From positions 4,805-68,804 of the IMG/VR virus record IMGVR_UViG_3300046786_000930: a stretch of DNA of 64,000 nucleotides; one strand, written 5' to 3'. The notes beneath the pieces are model-generated. The model had not been told where the DNA came from, searched no databases, and saw only the letters and a list, made by a program, of their open reading frames with translations. Shown here piece after piece: positions 31,801 through 38,266 of this stretch. This DNA comes from a virus. Lineage: Duplodnaviria > Caudoviricetes. The stretch's first letter is position 1, and every line of letters starts with the position of its first letter. The translations under genes were made by a program, and so were the position numbers.

Positions 31801-33215
31801 AGAGAGCCATTGCCGAGACTAAAGCAGAAACACCGACATATCTCGAAATATCGGATGCCGAACAAACAAATACATTTAAGAAACTTTGGGAAACTGTTGG
31901 TAAAGTAGAGCCGTTTCAGCTAATGGAAAAAACAAACTGGAGCTATTCAGAGATCGCTGGAGTAGTAAATAATTTGATGAAGCGGCCCGAATATAAGCAA
32001 ATGAAATCTGAGGGGATGGATGACATAGCAATATTTAATAAGATGCTTGAGGATCAGGACACTTATAGTGAGGCGGTAAGAAGTGGTATTGACCTTGCAG
32101 CCAATACGCAAGTAAGCCCAACAGCAGCATACAGACCATTCTTCTATGATAAACCGCTAATGAGAATACTCGGTATGTTTACAAGGTTCAAGTTTACCCA
32201 ATTACAACACATTGCCCAAACATTGTTGTCTTCTAAAGAAGGTATTGACGGATTACGAGCACAGAGGATATTGAGGCGAGGATTAACTGAAGAAGTAGAG
32301 CCAGTAGAAATTCTTAGGGAAGTAGAAATAAATCGTAAAGCCATAAATAAATTGTTTGATTTAGCGAATAAGAAAAACACAGACTTAGGAATTCCGAAAG
32401 AAGAAATTAAAAAATATCTTGATTATCTTGAAAGTCAAGAGACAGAACTAAACCAAGCAATCAAAGAACTTGAACCGCTAAAGGGTGGCAATGTTAAAAT
32501 GACAGCCCATTGGGGAAAATATTATCTTAAACTTGCAGTCATGTCAGTTTTATTTCAATTTGGTTACGATATTTTTGACGCTGCTATCAGGGGACTTGTT
32601 GGAGATGATGACGATGACGAGAAAAAGCAAACTGTTGGTAGGATAGCATTAAGAACATTTTTAGATTTATCACCACTACCATTTTATAGTTTTAATCCTT
32701 CTAATTTCTTAAACCCACCGATAATACCGAACGTAGAACCATTCTTATTCGGCAACTTCAATGCGAGAGGAATGGTAAAAGCATTAGCACAATATGGACT
32801 AAATGTAATACCCGGACTTGGAGTAGTTGATAGAGCAACAGGCAGAACAATATCAAACGAACTCACCGATATCATCGCACCCAAATCTCGTCAAGCAAAA
32901 TCTGCGAACTTCGGAGATATGTTAAGGAAGCGAGTAAGCGATAAAATAGTCCCCATGATCGAGGATAGAGATAACAACGGAGTAACAGAAGAATTTAAAA
33001 AACTATTTAAGACAGCGCAAGAGAAAAACGTACTCACCGAAGGACAAGAACAGAAGATAAAGAACGTTTATCAATTCATTCGTCAAGCTGTACTTAACAG
33101 ACTTACTGATGATAACGACAAAAAGATTGTGAGGCAATGGCTGAAGGGTGGGGAAGATGCACAACAACCGACATTGCCGGAGATCACATTACCAGAGCAG
33201 TATTTCACCTATTAG
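19854..33215 (+). CDS. Giant (4453 aa) ejection/large polyvalent protein with ART-like, 2H-phosphoesterase and JAB/MPN domains
   Basis: The N-terminal hydrophobic Gly/Ala helices (SAIGSGLGFIIGG, EGGLAGFITGMFLSG) and the C-terminal LGMFTRFKF region are typical of podovirus ejection proteins. Internal motifs: YWRG..FYS..EELHIF, PHVT/PHLT and HNHPSGNPTPSNED. Confidence 0.85.
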   Translation: MADKRAKQKSFNYVDWNKLYSPETQQTQEIEPTEDKSFNYDPFEVITQARNRENVLTLLKPTQDNGNGALQRDTGISNALLQKKPFKPTDTITASESTKQPISKELSEEPIKYGEEEFQQGRENLLKGLAQEKLRRETEINPLTKLPYDQTKLKNAPASDPFVNAVNVVLSSGLRTVPGTIEALGLIGDEVLRSAIKGEYPHIADTAPPSTISKITEPIGKGLTKTIEEKIPVDPKRQKFLESALPSAIGSGLGFIIGGSVAQAVKVPTFVSSLLLSFSQASDEYNQAIQQTGSKELAYRAFIQNLPFAATEVLPFERLFNRIQKLGGVRGKELLIEMLSQGTVEGTQEQIQQFGANLTAQQIYDTQRELSKGTNEGGLAGFITGMFLSGLSNIATQRINEGGISNEDSKLLTQTLDKINQEKNKVDEKVRKVLSPKSGFNEGKTIDVSKVQGDFPLLTLEELNARKPGNIEGAIQTEQRLKPFGDQERQPGQRLENAPETFEAAQQKALERFREVETRRQKKVDAKNDADTYSQLSARYFQAQRKKQIINEQEFAEISQSIPTPEVKAKADQLFTKVQAQNKRFVDNNAFTLENLSKKIFKTKEINSLTDDQQKQLLNEFNELKKQGIKEFGQIEESNLKDLREQIKVRKDEENAIRQQKTNEILQRQQEEITKARSERERVERIEQGTGLTGRITEGTEKAEKGKPQEKTGEVQEIIAQLEPQRKQLEKDYGKLEDLSETELKNLATKKPDIKSIVEQGGGKFDGIQKVNGEEKFALATDPETRSTFYVPLEGITPEAVKTKLEKGREKFKPKEEKIYWRGVREDNINESDKFYSIDKEVAAEYAIQKVGDKPQFETIKESELPKNIYETTNKEDLAVELGYWDKKNREWKIDIWHSDFDKAVKEKLQKKGYGGIRYKEGTDFEGVGIEELHIFGKPKEPLPETSGEKLSSTQVNIPETDQKPFIDFANEIPEKELYTKEEDPNNRYGRETEPHVTVLYGLKTTDPKEVKKLIENYGDVELTLGKTSLFKQDEYDVLKVDVESKELRELNKKLKENLDYESDFPNYKPHLTIAYLKPGEGQKYVGDNRFDGQKIKLSEILFADAERNKTPINLKPLPETKVKQPYELRRDEVIKRDELKNADEFLANIDKKLQYAEGKQLKELETLKEYWADRKKKLSSPDFIKQGLIGEPEFHASATSHKKLVQKAITEGKITSHPDYPELSKVEKKGEIADLSKVSSAASRFRPKEFIQFKQPLKGKSGAELIGYEWKYEWEDLGDDKARRISDWTQSEISPETGREIVHQFHVRTPDGKTKVVSAESVLGLLGFTEANVPKNFPNIISTAKTLAKNQMKLAAVREQNRLFYEAVKENLKKPKPEIIMGERKTEFNMTWWKMGDEAVIQDDFKPINDERRKRLEESWAEAEAKKQGLNKSYVDIIELEARIARQRKKLDQALTNVKEEKTEPEKITPDRIGKASDEQISKVKIDNKEFFIVKSPEGEDTGWIRYEGKDNKVYLFDVGNKKYVVFKPEDDKKVSLNKARAKAIGYANQNPLKEITKQGFEKIEEKKESSALDKLDVIVGEEGKLKNYKPQRDPQTLEEAVLDFLVSEQGSIKPTQAMPKSSLLAMGIPVTRISETKGMNPIQIFSSLAPKLWDAKYGGQQEAPSQTEMFEELLSKYDSHEARKAALKKLRGEIIEPEVDKAIERVADVIVNEYLDTDGNLRLTEIIKNINEIAEQAETDVKTILAYIKSQEKIELPKSEGSTFDLLGDIDQAIKQGEITDETKTELIEGTDPTEFSELAKDIERKAEDAKEADELGEGIKQVDDLIKEEPTAYKAEQKDLIVIHNLNSENLKFADRVGGLAMPSLAIIKRDIGLDKYGDVTLIANKDLIDPRYNKVFNRDVYSPTYPTVYRHINKKQLDGKFGEIKKSIDKIILDSLDHNIGQLNENLLKGYNTIEGQSHNDLLQVYYLAKTNQLPKPILRYERLTHLPQFKGQYGLAKELLDKYPIVRDGIKVTEAEIQAEFDEMIKDENAYNWIKDKTEREEIIRDRARETAKGRKQDEYEQEILKFFNDYIDGYVEVQYEGKAYKDIADDELRAYAEDSKKNWKEKRLHPYSYTNDIEALRNPKKELSPYDYMRKRVEPLIEKQNKEYLEFLNKEFDDVFGSEYLLKGKSKIPHTLDNAMDIMGGNIKGVQKTLVQGLGKSAAQAAKEFNSIEQIKKNKDRIVSHEQFEIADNKMRDAFFKLSDRLSHYYPSRDFGFERLDDLSLAIGRISKSNLSDNAISRELSRVGYNRVPDLYYEDVKEVAELMKDMPTEYFEAKKVREVGLKEFVGALVPDNVDPKVLEILKKNGIERVVKYKYRDAESRTQALQEFEDVMFEQRAEYGVEKVLAEPFYSKLERVIQEKLPNKGFTKQSVLSMLKNNGVKDAEIEWMDLENFLNEPRTKQEVLDFLKMNQLKVEEVQKGGGNEEVLYDIANNDQMQLPKEHKRLQDFIELNNDYMSEDFENESDDIINQREIDIEDEREWLEHRGYSISLDDDGFVEKVVFNRTSPENESTKYSQYITPGGENYREILFTLPAKKKMSRGKLRVEEDENNVSGRELYRVLDEDNNVVGTYSKKKFAQDMVDTFDNVPVELDTNLQPAFKSSHWDEPNVFAHLRANDRVVDGKRYLHIEEIQSDWAISGRKQGYRNENIDKVIRDKEAEISKYEKMGSEIAKKYDDKRQKKYANRSYDFFEYLAEIEPQYKENQTKWVQLKNELESFKQQTGSTPNFPFKNNWHEFVLKRALRMAAEEGYDGISWTTGEQQAERYDLSKQVDDIKWKYKDGKYSFNANPITDAPNIIRDNLSIDELESNIGKEAVKHIQIEIEKGNNSGTLEGESLKVGATWAKNLYDRTIPNFLNTYAKKWGAKVGEVELQRALKWSIQEVDDTFAVVDQNGNNRFIPPEYFDTREAAQEHINNRVNNLTVHSLPITESMKKSVLTEGQTLFELPTMYGRENADEITRLNDYKRHLETTIPLLESAYKKKFKNVNPGSDEYVKLLAETSKESKGVSDAKNELRTVNKKINALETKRKTLQTDMFKPSTQIDDEQLTLFEKQGRFARDEKQIELIFGKDVEEIQNTVIEQIQNSTITERGTEEGESAADRRGQPIRYQPEKEAGQEINKRSIPEELRTFLKQFRDTGQINLNGTKLGDNPAQDLGDAFKIARNPFTETMWLIGVKDGVVVKNIGISSDASGYVNITPKVRKDALNELKTAGATELYLTHNHPSGNPTPSNEDFAFATKFGQEAQELGISAKESIVINGDEFSHWEISTTPNSSGQYEATVKQLTYKNPKTHPAEEFYKEFDKSHKVIIKSPLHSAQYFGKLKYGDGVVAVVVVASNNTVRGYEYVNAELVRDTKKLGKYIDEVTASHGGASVFLVGEKNDLGVSDFVSSQYYGTKKEPELKEISTTYSSRPVISTIAYEDGRNIDVYQFKQKTKFKLGEIVAEETEEYSDDMFKTFRDYARRIDKIANIFELNNWKRKHKDLISQFDQATQQRIENLLTAKRLEFSKEPIAERQKLYEEKQKEKYDNFLKIGQEIFEKEQTFVNWSREMQKRAGKEANPYMRQLYRDLIKRNQKEAQKSGTKENIYGQKVENIDYRKTKRKERIADRLISQNLDKDMQQKILNFAEKYILNNKDFRMSKDLSGRFLTQFKEKVGIMARQYGPAGGELAQRIAKGNIDQSSFLEQAYEYIYKIGDVFENKDVFQTGEISDKVIDALEDRKNADEILKDNPEAKSVYDLSVKLLDWVKERLTKSGYPVRENYFTHIRDLSIIDEILSDIKDPLKTDVRGTNQFISSDSRFLKPREFDTIEIRRDLLGVVKSYIHSVGKALSYKDAVDYYYTDFKNDIPERLKKRRMEIAIDFMKANLSPEISTGLFYRSIFFVRNTMYRSFLAFNLRASVQNHLQKDFARLYIAPEAKRVTDKLFYLRKQLTGNIQRAIAETKAETPTYLEISDAEQTNTFKKLWETVGKVEPFQLMEKTNWSYSEIAGVVNNLMKRPEYKQMKSEGMDDIAIFNKMLEDQDTYSEAVRSGIDLAANTQVSPTAAYRPFFYDKPLMRILGMFTRFKFTQLQHIAQTLLSSKEGIDGLRAQRILRRGLTEEVEPVEILREVEINRKAINKLFDLANKKNTDLGIPKEEIKKYLDYLESQETELNQAIKELEPLKGGNVKMTAHWGKYYLKLAVMSVLFQFGYDIFDAAIRGLVGDDDDDEKKQTVGRIALRTFLDLSPLPFYSFNPSNFLNPPIIPNVEPFLFGNFNARGMVKALAQYGLNVIPGLGVVDRATGRTISNELTDIIAPKSRQAKSANFGDMLRKRVSDKIVPMIEDRDNNGVTEEFKKLFKTAQEKNVLTEGQEQKIKNVYQFIRQAVLNRLTDDNDKKIVRQWLKGGEDAQQPTLPEITLPEQYFTY
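21817..22008 (+). CDS. Nested +1-frame small basic protein inside the giant gene
   Basis: AGGAAGG at 21801-21807 lies 9 nt before the ATG. MPYASKKQMRYFNANKKKLQRQGVNVSEWNESSKGLDLPE resembles the MPF/YxSxxQ-type small phage proteins as I recall them. Confidence 0.55.
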   Translation: MPYASKKQMRYFNANKKKLQRQGVNVSEWNESSKGLDLPEESPKERKKRKKENLKKKLAKYKR

Positions 33216-33344
33216 CAAAATCCCGTACCAACGACAATCCGTTAATTTCCGTGAATTAGCGATCTTGGAAACCTTCCGCACACATTAACTGTGATGGCAT
33301 ACTTATTGTGAGCAAAAGAAAATGACTAATGTAAAAAAAATATC

Positions 33345-33372
33345 TTGACAAGTAAGCCGAAATTGTTATTTT
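33345..33372 (+). promoter_or_regulatory. Sigma70-like early promoter
   Basis: TTGACA, 16-nt spacer, TGn-TATTTT (extended -10), in the only gap before the early genes. Confidence 0.55.
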
Positions 33373-33400
33373 AGCAGTGAGAAAAAAAAGGATTATTCCA

Positions 33401-33754
33401 ATGAACATTTTTAACATACCCATTTTGAAACCAAGCACAATCTTCAGACAAAATAATCTTCCTAATTATCATCAGCTATGGCAACAAAGCAGACACGATA
33501 AAAAGTTTGAATTGCCTGAAGAAATAAAACTAATCCTTCAAGCCCACACAGAAAAAATAAAATTATTAAATCGTAACCTTGATAGGTACTCACTAAAGCG
33601 AATAATGAATCTAGGGATAAACCTTTCTGTATTGTGTGACGAGGCGGGTGTAGAGTATTGGTTGATAACACAGCGCTTCCATAGAGGGCAGGACATAAAC
33701 AACGGTGATATCAATAAATTCAAAGTAGTAATAAGTAAATATTTAGGAGAGTGA
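33401..33754 (+). CDS. Possible HTH-type regulator
   Basis: First gene after the promoter. The C-terminal INLSVLCDEAGVEYWLITQRF segment resembles a helix-turn-helix. Confidence 0.35.
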   Translation: MNIFNIPILKPSTIFRQNNLPNYHQLWQQSRHDKKFELPEEIKLILQAHTEKIKLLNRNLDRYSLKRIMNLGINLSVLCDEAGVEYWLITQRFHRGQDINNGDINKFKVVISKYLGE

Positions 33755-33762
33755 TTACATAA

Positions 33763-34173
33763 ATGAACCTCGAACTTGAATATAGAAACAACGTGATAAG
33801 CAGAGTGTTGCTAACTACTATTGATAAGCCTGTTGACGCACGAACCATGTGGGCGGAGTGGAATATTGACGGCAAGTATAGCGTAAGTATCGAGGGCTGG
33901 CAACGGATAGTGACGAAAATAATCGAGACTTACCAGCATGAACAGTTTGAAAAAGCAAAAGAGGGAAAGAAGTCGAACATGATTATGTCATCCGGGAAGG
34001 GTTACTACTGCTGCCATAGCGAAGAAGATGCGTTTGCCGGTATTACTTTTTATTACGAAAGAATGTTCCCGATGTTCAAGCGAAGAAAATTTTTCAAGGA
34101 CTTCATTAAACTGAGATTTCACAAAAACGTTGACCGGAAAGAACTGCCGGGGCAAACTAATATATTTAGATAA
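33763..34173 (+). CDS. Hypothetical protein, possible winged-helix
   Basis: The IMSSGKGYYCCHSEE wing-like motif is common in small phage wHTH proteins. Confidence 0.4.
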   Translation: MNLELEYRNNVISRVLLTTIDKPVDARTMWAEWNIDGKYSVSIEGWQRIVTKIIETYQHEQFEKAKEGKKSNMIMSSGKGYYCCHSEEDAFAGITFYYERMFPMFKRRKFFKDFIKLRFHKNVDRKELPGQTNIFR

Positions 34174-34182
34174 GGAGTCGTT

Positions 34183-34512
34183 ATGATACATATTTACTTG
34201 CCTTACTTTGTTTTAGTTCTTGTCGCTTGTTTGGGGATGGGTTTGTTCGGTGGTTATTTGTGGGGAAGGGGATTTAGAGGCGGGGCGATAGCAGATACGA
34301 ATGATTTTAATATCCTACTTAAAGCCGAACAGAAGAAACGAGAAAAGATTGAAGCCAAACTTAAAATAGAAATGCTTCATAGTAAGGAATTAGAGGATAC
34401 GCTTGAGATTATGACACAGAACGATGCTGATAGTGTTCATCAAACCTTTACCGAAATGAATGAACACCACAACAAAGTTTTATTTGATCCGGAAAGCGAG
34501 AGGAGTGCATGA
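34183..34512 (+). CDS. Membrane-anchored hypothetical protein
   Basis: AAGGAG Shine-Dalgarno, an N-terminal TM and a coiled coil. Confidence 0.55.
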   Translation: MIHIYLPYFVLVLVACLGMGLFGGYLWGRGFRGGAIADTNDFNILLKAEQKKREKIEAKLKIEMLHSKELEDTLEIMTQNDADSVHQTFTEMNEHHNKVLFDPESERSA

Positions 34513-34745
34513 TTAAATACTTATTGCTTACACCTATTGCCAGTTTAATTGGCGGATATTACTTACTAAGGGATATGGCAACCCTTCTTAAGCACGGTGA
34601 ACTATTGAGAGGACTTATCATATTTATTCTTTTATCGATTGCAATGATGCTCGGATGTTTTCTTGTAAATGCTGTTAAAGAAATAAACCGAGTTCGCAAA
34701 CAAGTAGGCAGCGATGCTTATGAATGGATGGTGGGAAAATCGTGA
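34509..34745 (+). CDS. Two-TM hypothetical protein
   Basis: ATGA overlap and two hydrophobic segments. Confidence 0.55.
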   Translation: MIKYLLLTPIASLIGGYYLLRDMATLLKHGELLRGLIIFILLSIAMMLGCFLVNAVKEINRVRKQVGSDAYEWMVGKS

Positions 34746-34827
34746 AAGATGAAACGGAAGACGGTAGAAGTAATGAAGTTTTTTGGTGGTTTATGTTGGC
34801 TGCTATTCTAATCGGTTTGGTGATGTT

Positions 34828-34992
34828 ATGAAAAGATATTTAGATAAGGTTGAATATCCTGACATGGTCAGCCTGGAAATAAAGGTTGACTGGAAATTAG
34901 TATGGTCAGCATTTAAGTGTTTTGTAACTAAAAGGAAATTAACGATACAAAACATAAAACCAAGACTCAATAAATATGTGAATGAGATATGA
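34828..34992 (+). CDS. Small hypothetical protein
   Basis: The ATG at 34828 overlaps the stop of a 29-aa TM mini-ORF beginning at about 34742. Confidence 0.45.
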   Translation: MKRYLDKVEYPDMVSLEIKVDWKLVWSAFKCFVTKRKLTIQNIKPRLNKYVNEI

Positions 34993-35171
34993 GTAAGTAC
35001 AGCAACTACTACGATCAGCTACAGGCAGCGAAAAGTTTCCCGGTTGATATTAAAACTACCAACGCTTTCCAAGTTGCTATGGCTTTACAAAAATTGGTGA
35101 GAAAAGAGAAATTACCGTTAGTTGTAACGAGAACATTAAACAGAATTACAGTAAATAAAAAAGGAGAATAA
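34989..35171 (+). CDS. Small hypothetical protein
   Basis: Coupled ORF in the early operon. Confidence 0.5.
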   Translation: MSKYSNYYDQLQAAKSFPVDIKTTNAFQVAMALQKLVRKEKLPLVVTRTLNRITVNKKGE

Positions 35172-35173
35172 TA

Positions 35174-35512
35174 ATGGAAACTACAAAATGGCTCAAGTAT
35201 CAATTTACCGAAAACGAGTTGAAAGAAATTGCTCGGAAACTTGCATACGAAAACAAAAACTTTGATGAACTGGAAGAAGGTAAAAAAGCAGTTACGAGTG
35301 AGTTCAAATCAAAAACAGATGCTTCAAGGGCAAGCATATCAAAACTCTCGAACTATATCAACAATGGTTATGAAATGAGAGTTATTGATTGCAAGGTCGA
35401 ATTTAACGATCCAGAGAACGGACAAAAAACTGTTTACAGAAAAGATACTGGTGAACTTGTAGAGGTGCTGGAAATGTCACACGATGAAATGCAAGAGAAA
35501 TTAGAACTATAA
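35174..35512 (+). CDS. Conserved-type phage hypothetical protein (coiled coil + small beta domain)
   Basis: AAGGAG Shine-Dalgarno. The NGYEMR..C.V.F..P..G.K...R.DTGE pattern is familiar from phage early regions. Confidence 0.6.
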   Translation: METTKWLKYQFTENELKEIARKLAYENKNFDELEEGKKAVTSEFKSKTDASRASISKLSNYINNGYEMRVIDCKVEFNDPENGQKTVYRKDTGELVEVLEMSHDEMQEKLEL

Positions 35513-35572
35513 AAAAGCCGATGCGTGGACACCACCGGCCATATAACAATACCTTAAAAGAAAGGAACTGCT

Positions 35573-35773
35573 ATGAACACAAACAAAGTTATTCCAGAAA
35601 TCAGAGAGATACAAGCGAACTGCCACAAACTCTCTGATGAGATTGATGAGAAGATCGCGGAAACAAAACTGATGGCCGAAACTTTTGAAGCCGTCAGAAA
35701 AGCCGATAATCAAATTATTCACCTAAGAATGCAAGACGCACTCTTGCCGGAATGTGCGGAGGTAATACAATGA
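35573..35773 (+). CDS. Small coiled-coil hypothetical protein
   Basis: AAGGA Shine-Dalgarno and an ATGA overlap with the next gene. Confidence 0.5.
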   Translation: MNTNKVIPEIREIQANCHKLSDEIDEKIAETKLMAETFEAVRKADNQIIHLRMQDALLPECAEVIQ

Positions 35774-36828
35774 AAAATCAAGCCCTAATGAGTTTAACTG
35801 AAGCACGCATTAACACAAACGACCAACTTGCGAAGTATGTGGAGAATGCGAAATCCATAACTATTCCTCTATTTCCGGAAACAGTGCAGTTTACAGACGA
35901 TGCTCTTAAGTATGGTGCCGCTATTGTCTCGGTTGATTTGAACTTAGATAATTATGGAAACAACAGAGACATTTACAGAAATGAAAGCGGTGGGTACTGT
36001 TTGCACTTAACAAAATTAAATGAGATCGCTCAACAGTCCGGGTTGCAGGTTATTGAGAGCCGGGTTCTTGAGCGCAAAACAGATGAAAGGGGAGTAGTAA
36101 CCTACATTGAGCATCAAGTAAAATGGAAAATGCGAAGTGTTGATGGTTCAATTAAAGAAGGAACGGCGACTGGCAAATATGATTATTTCCGTGATTGTGA
36201 AAAATATATTAAGCCAACCGAGAAAGACAAGTACGGAAATGTAAAGGGTGAAGCACAGGTGAAATCCAGAAGGAATTACGCTGAAGCATTAGCCGAGAGC
36301 AACGCACTCACCCGCGCTTATAACAAAGCTATTGCAAAGCTGCCACAGTCATTTACTCTTGAGGAACTTAAAAAACCTTTCCTCATTCCTTATGTAATTG
36401 AGGATAAAAACGAGCTGCTGAAGGATTTGCCGAAAGAAGATCAGCTAGCGATTAGGAAGGAACTGGCGCGCAAACGATTAAACCTTACTGATACTATCTA
36501 TCAATCTTCTCCCACGCAAACCAAGCAAGTTGAGGATGCGGTTGTTACGGAAGTGGTAGAACCGGAAGAAGTGAAACAGCCGGAAAAGAAAGTATTGAGT
36601 CCTGAAGAAGTTAATCACATTCAAGCAGAAACTTTTCTGCAGCCAGAAGTTAAGCAAGAAGAGCGGACTCAGATGATTCTTAAACTAATTAAGATCAAGG
36701 GCTACAAGGACCCGAACAATATAGCCATCACTGAAAAGCGGATTGAGAACCAGAGCAAAGAATCCCAAGTAAACTTCATCGAAAAGCTGCTGAACCTTCC
36801 GGATGAGAATGAGAGCGCGCCGCTATGA
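35770..36828 (+). CDS. Putative single-strand annealing/recombination protein
   Basis: Directly upstream of SbcD/SbcC. The AESNALTRAYNKA...FTLEELKKPF motif resembles SSAP-like proteins in such modules. Confidence 0.45.
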   Translation: MKNQALMSLTEARINTNDQLAKYVENAKSITIPLFPETVQFTDDALKYGAAIVSVDLNLDNYGNNRDIYRNESGGYCLHLTKLNEIAQQSGLQVIESRVLERKTDERGVVTYIEHQVKWKMRSVDGSIKEGTATGKYDYFRDCEKYIKPTEKDKYGNVKGEAQVKSRRNYAEALAESNALTRAYNKAIAKLPQSFTLEELKKPFLIPYVIEDKNELLKDLPKEDQLAIRKELARKRLNLTDTIYQSSPTQTKQVEDAVVTEVVEPEEVKQPEKKVLSPEEVNHIQAETFLQPEVKQEERTQMILKLIKIKGYKDPNNIAITEKRIENQSKESQVNFIEKLLNLPDENESAPL

Positions 36829-38045
36829 AACAATTAAGATTTCTACACATTGGTGATATGCACATTGACCATGATCCGAAATTCAAAGCAAAGATTCAGC
36901 CGAGTCTTGATCAGATAGTTACATATTGTAAGGAAGTGAAGATCAATGCGGTGGTTATACCGGGCGATTTAACGCACCGTAAGCAAAGCTATTCCGGTTC
37001 TTCAGGTGTACCCATGCTAATCAGTTTCTTAAAAGATTTATCTCGGTTGGTTGATTTTATTTTCATCACAAAAGGCAATCACGATGAGCCGGGATCGATT
37101 GCTCTCTTACATCAGATAGAATCAAACGTGTATTCCTACGAGTATCCGGTTGTATTGGCAATAAAAGAAATGCCTTTCAGTCAAGTCACCGATTTATTAC
37201 GATTAGAAGATGTTAGTTATGAAGTGGTTGATAACTACGAATATATTATTTCTCTAATTCCTTACCCCACAAAGGCGTCATTGCTAATCGAGGACAGCAT
37301 TGATAATAATAATGTTGAGTTCATTCAGAAGTTCGAGCAGATATTTGAACACATTGGCGATATCACCGAAGCATATAATTGTCCTAAGATTTTAGGTTTC
37401 CACGGCAACATCGTTGGTTCAAGATTAAGTTCAGGGCAAACTCTAATGTCACAAGACCTTATGGTAGCTCCTTCAACTCTTGAGAAAGCAAAGCACGATT
37501 ATTACCCATTAAATCACATCCACACAGAACAGGATATTAAAGAATGGATGGGCTATGCCGGAGGAATTGCGAACTTCAACTGGGGTGAGACTGAGCAAAA
37601 ATCTTTTCGACAAATTGAATTTCTCGGACGAGAATTTACTGTTGATAAAATACCTTTCACCTCAGCACGGCCTATGGTTACGGTGGAGGCAGAGTTCACG
37701 CCCGGAATGACATCTTCTGATTTTATTTGGGATGGTAAAGTTGATCCCGCTCTTGATAAATTTGCCAATGCTGAATTTCGGTTTAGATGTAAGGTAAAAG
37801 AGAATGAGCGCAATTTAATTACTGATGAGAAAATAGAACAGCTAAAGAAATACTTTGGTGACGATGTTAAAATCGAGTTCAATATTACTCCTGTAGAACG
37901 AGAAAGCCGGAGCGAACAGATTATGAACTGCAAAGACTTGCTCCAAGAAGTGCTTGAGTACGCGAAGGTAATTGAGCACAAAGTAGATAACGGAGTAATG
38001 ACTAAAGTTGCAACACTTCAAGAGAAAGGAGTTGAATCGTTATGA
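36825..38045 (+). CDS. sbcD: SbcD/Mre11-like metallophosphoesterase nuclease
   Basis: HIGDMH, PGDLTH, KGNHD, FHG and NHIH motifs, upstream of an SbcC-like ATPase. Confidence 0.9.
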   Translation: MKQLRFLHIGDMHIDHDPKFKAKIQPSLDQIVTYCKEVKINAVVIPGDLTHRKQSYSGSSGVPMLISFLKDLSRLVDFIFITKGNHDEPGSIALLHQIESNVYSYEYPVVLAIKEMPFSQVTDLLRLEDVSYEVVDNYEYIISLIPYPTKASLLIEDSIDNNNVEFIQKFEQIFEHIGDITEAYNCPKILGFHGNIVGSRLSSGQTLMSQDLMVAPSTLEKAKHDYYPLNHIHTEQDIKEWMGYAGGIANFNWGETEQKSFRQIEFLGREFTVDKIPFTSARPMVTVEAEFTPGMTSSDFIWDGKVDPALDKFANAEFRFRCKVKENERNLITDEKIEQLKKYFGDDVKIEFNITPVERESRSEQIMNCKDLLQEVLEYAKVIEHKVDNGVMTKVATLQEKGVESL

Positions 38046-38266
38046 AAATAATTATTGAAAGCACCTCTAAAATTGTATGGCTAAACGGCATACAAGCAAG
38101 AATTTGGGAAGGCGAAACAGATAGTGCTATAAAAATACACTGCTTTATTACAAGGGTAGCAATTGATAAAGACGAACCGAGAGTAGAACAATTTGAAACC
38201 GAACTTAAAGAACAAAGAGTACCAAGCGCTGAAATAGAATCCTATCCAATGAGGTTAATTTTATGA
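38042..38266 (+). CDS. Small hypothetical protein between sbcD and sbcC
   Basis: ATGA overlaps on both sides. Confidence 0.6.
   Translation: MKIIIESTSKIVWLNGIQARIWEGETDSAIKIHCFITRVAIDKDEPRVEQFETELKEQRVPSAEIESYPMRLIL

Noticed and set aside
19854-33215. Giant protein as a virion RNA polymerase (N4/crAss-like) or a DarB-like methylase-helicase
   Set aside because: I found no DxDGD/DFDxD polymerase motif, no NPP(Y/F) methylase motif and no helicase Walker/DExH motifs.
33256-33438. Divergent minus-strand repressor at the late/early junction
   Set aside because: The 60-aa ORF overlaps the promoter, has no HTH and has low-complexity hydrophobic composition.
35517-35539. Small hairpin GCCG...CGGC before the recombination genes
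   Set aside because: It has only a short stem and no U-tract; such elements are common in phage intergenic regions and I can assign no function.
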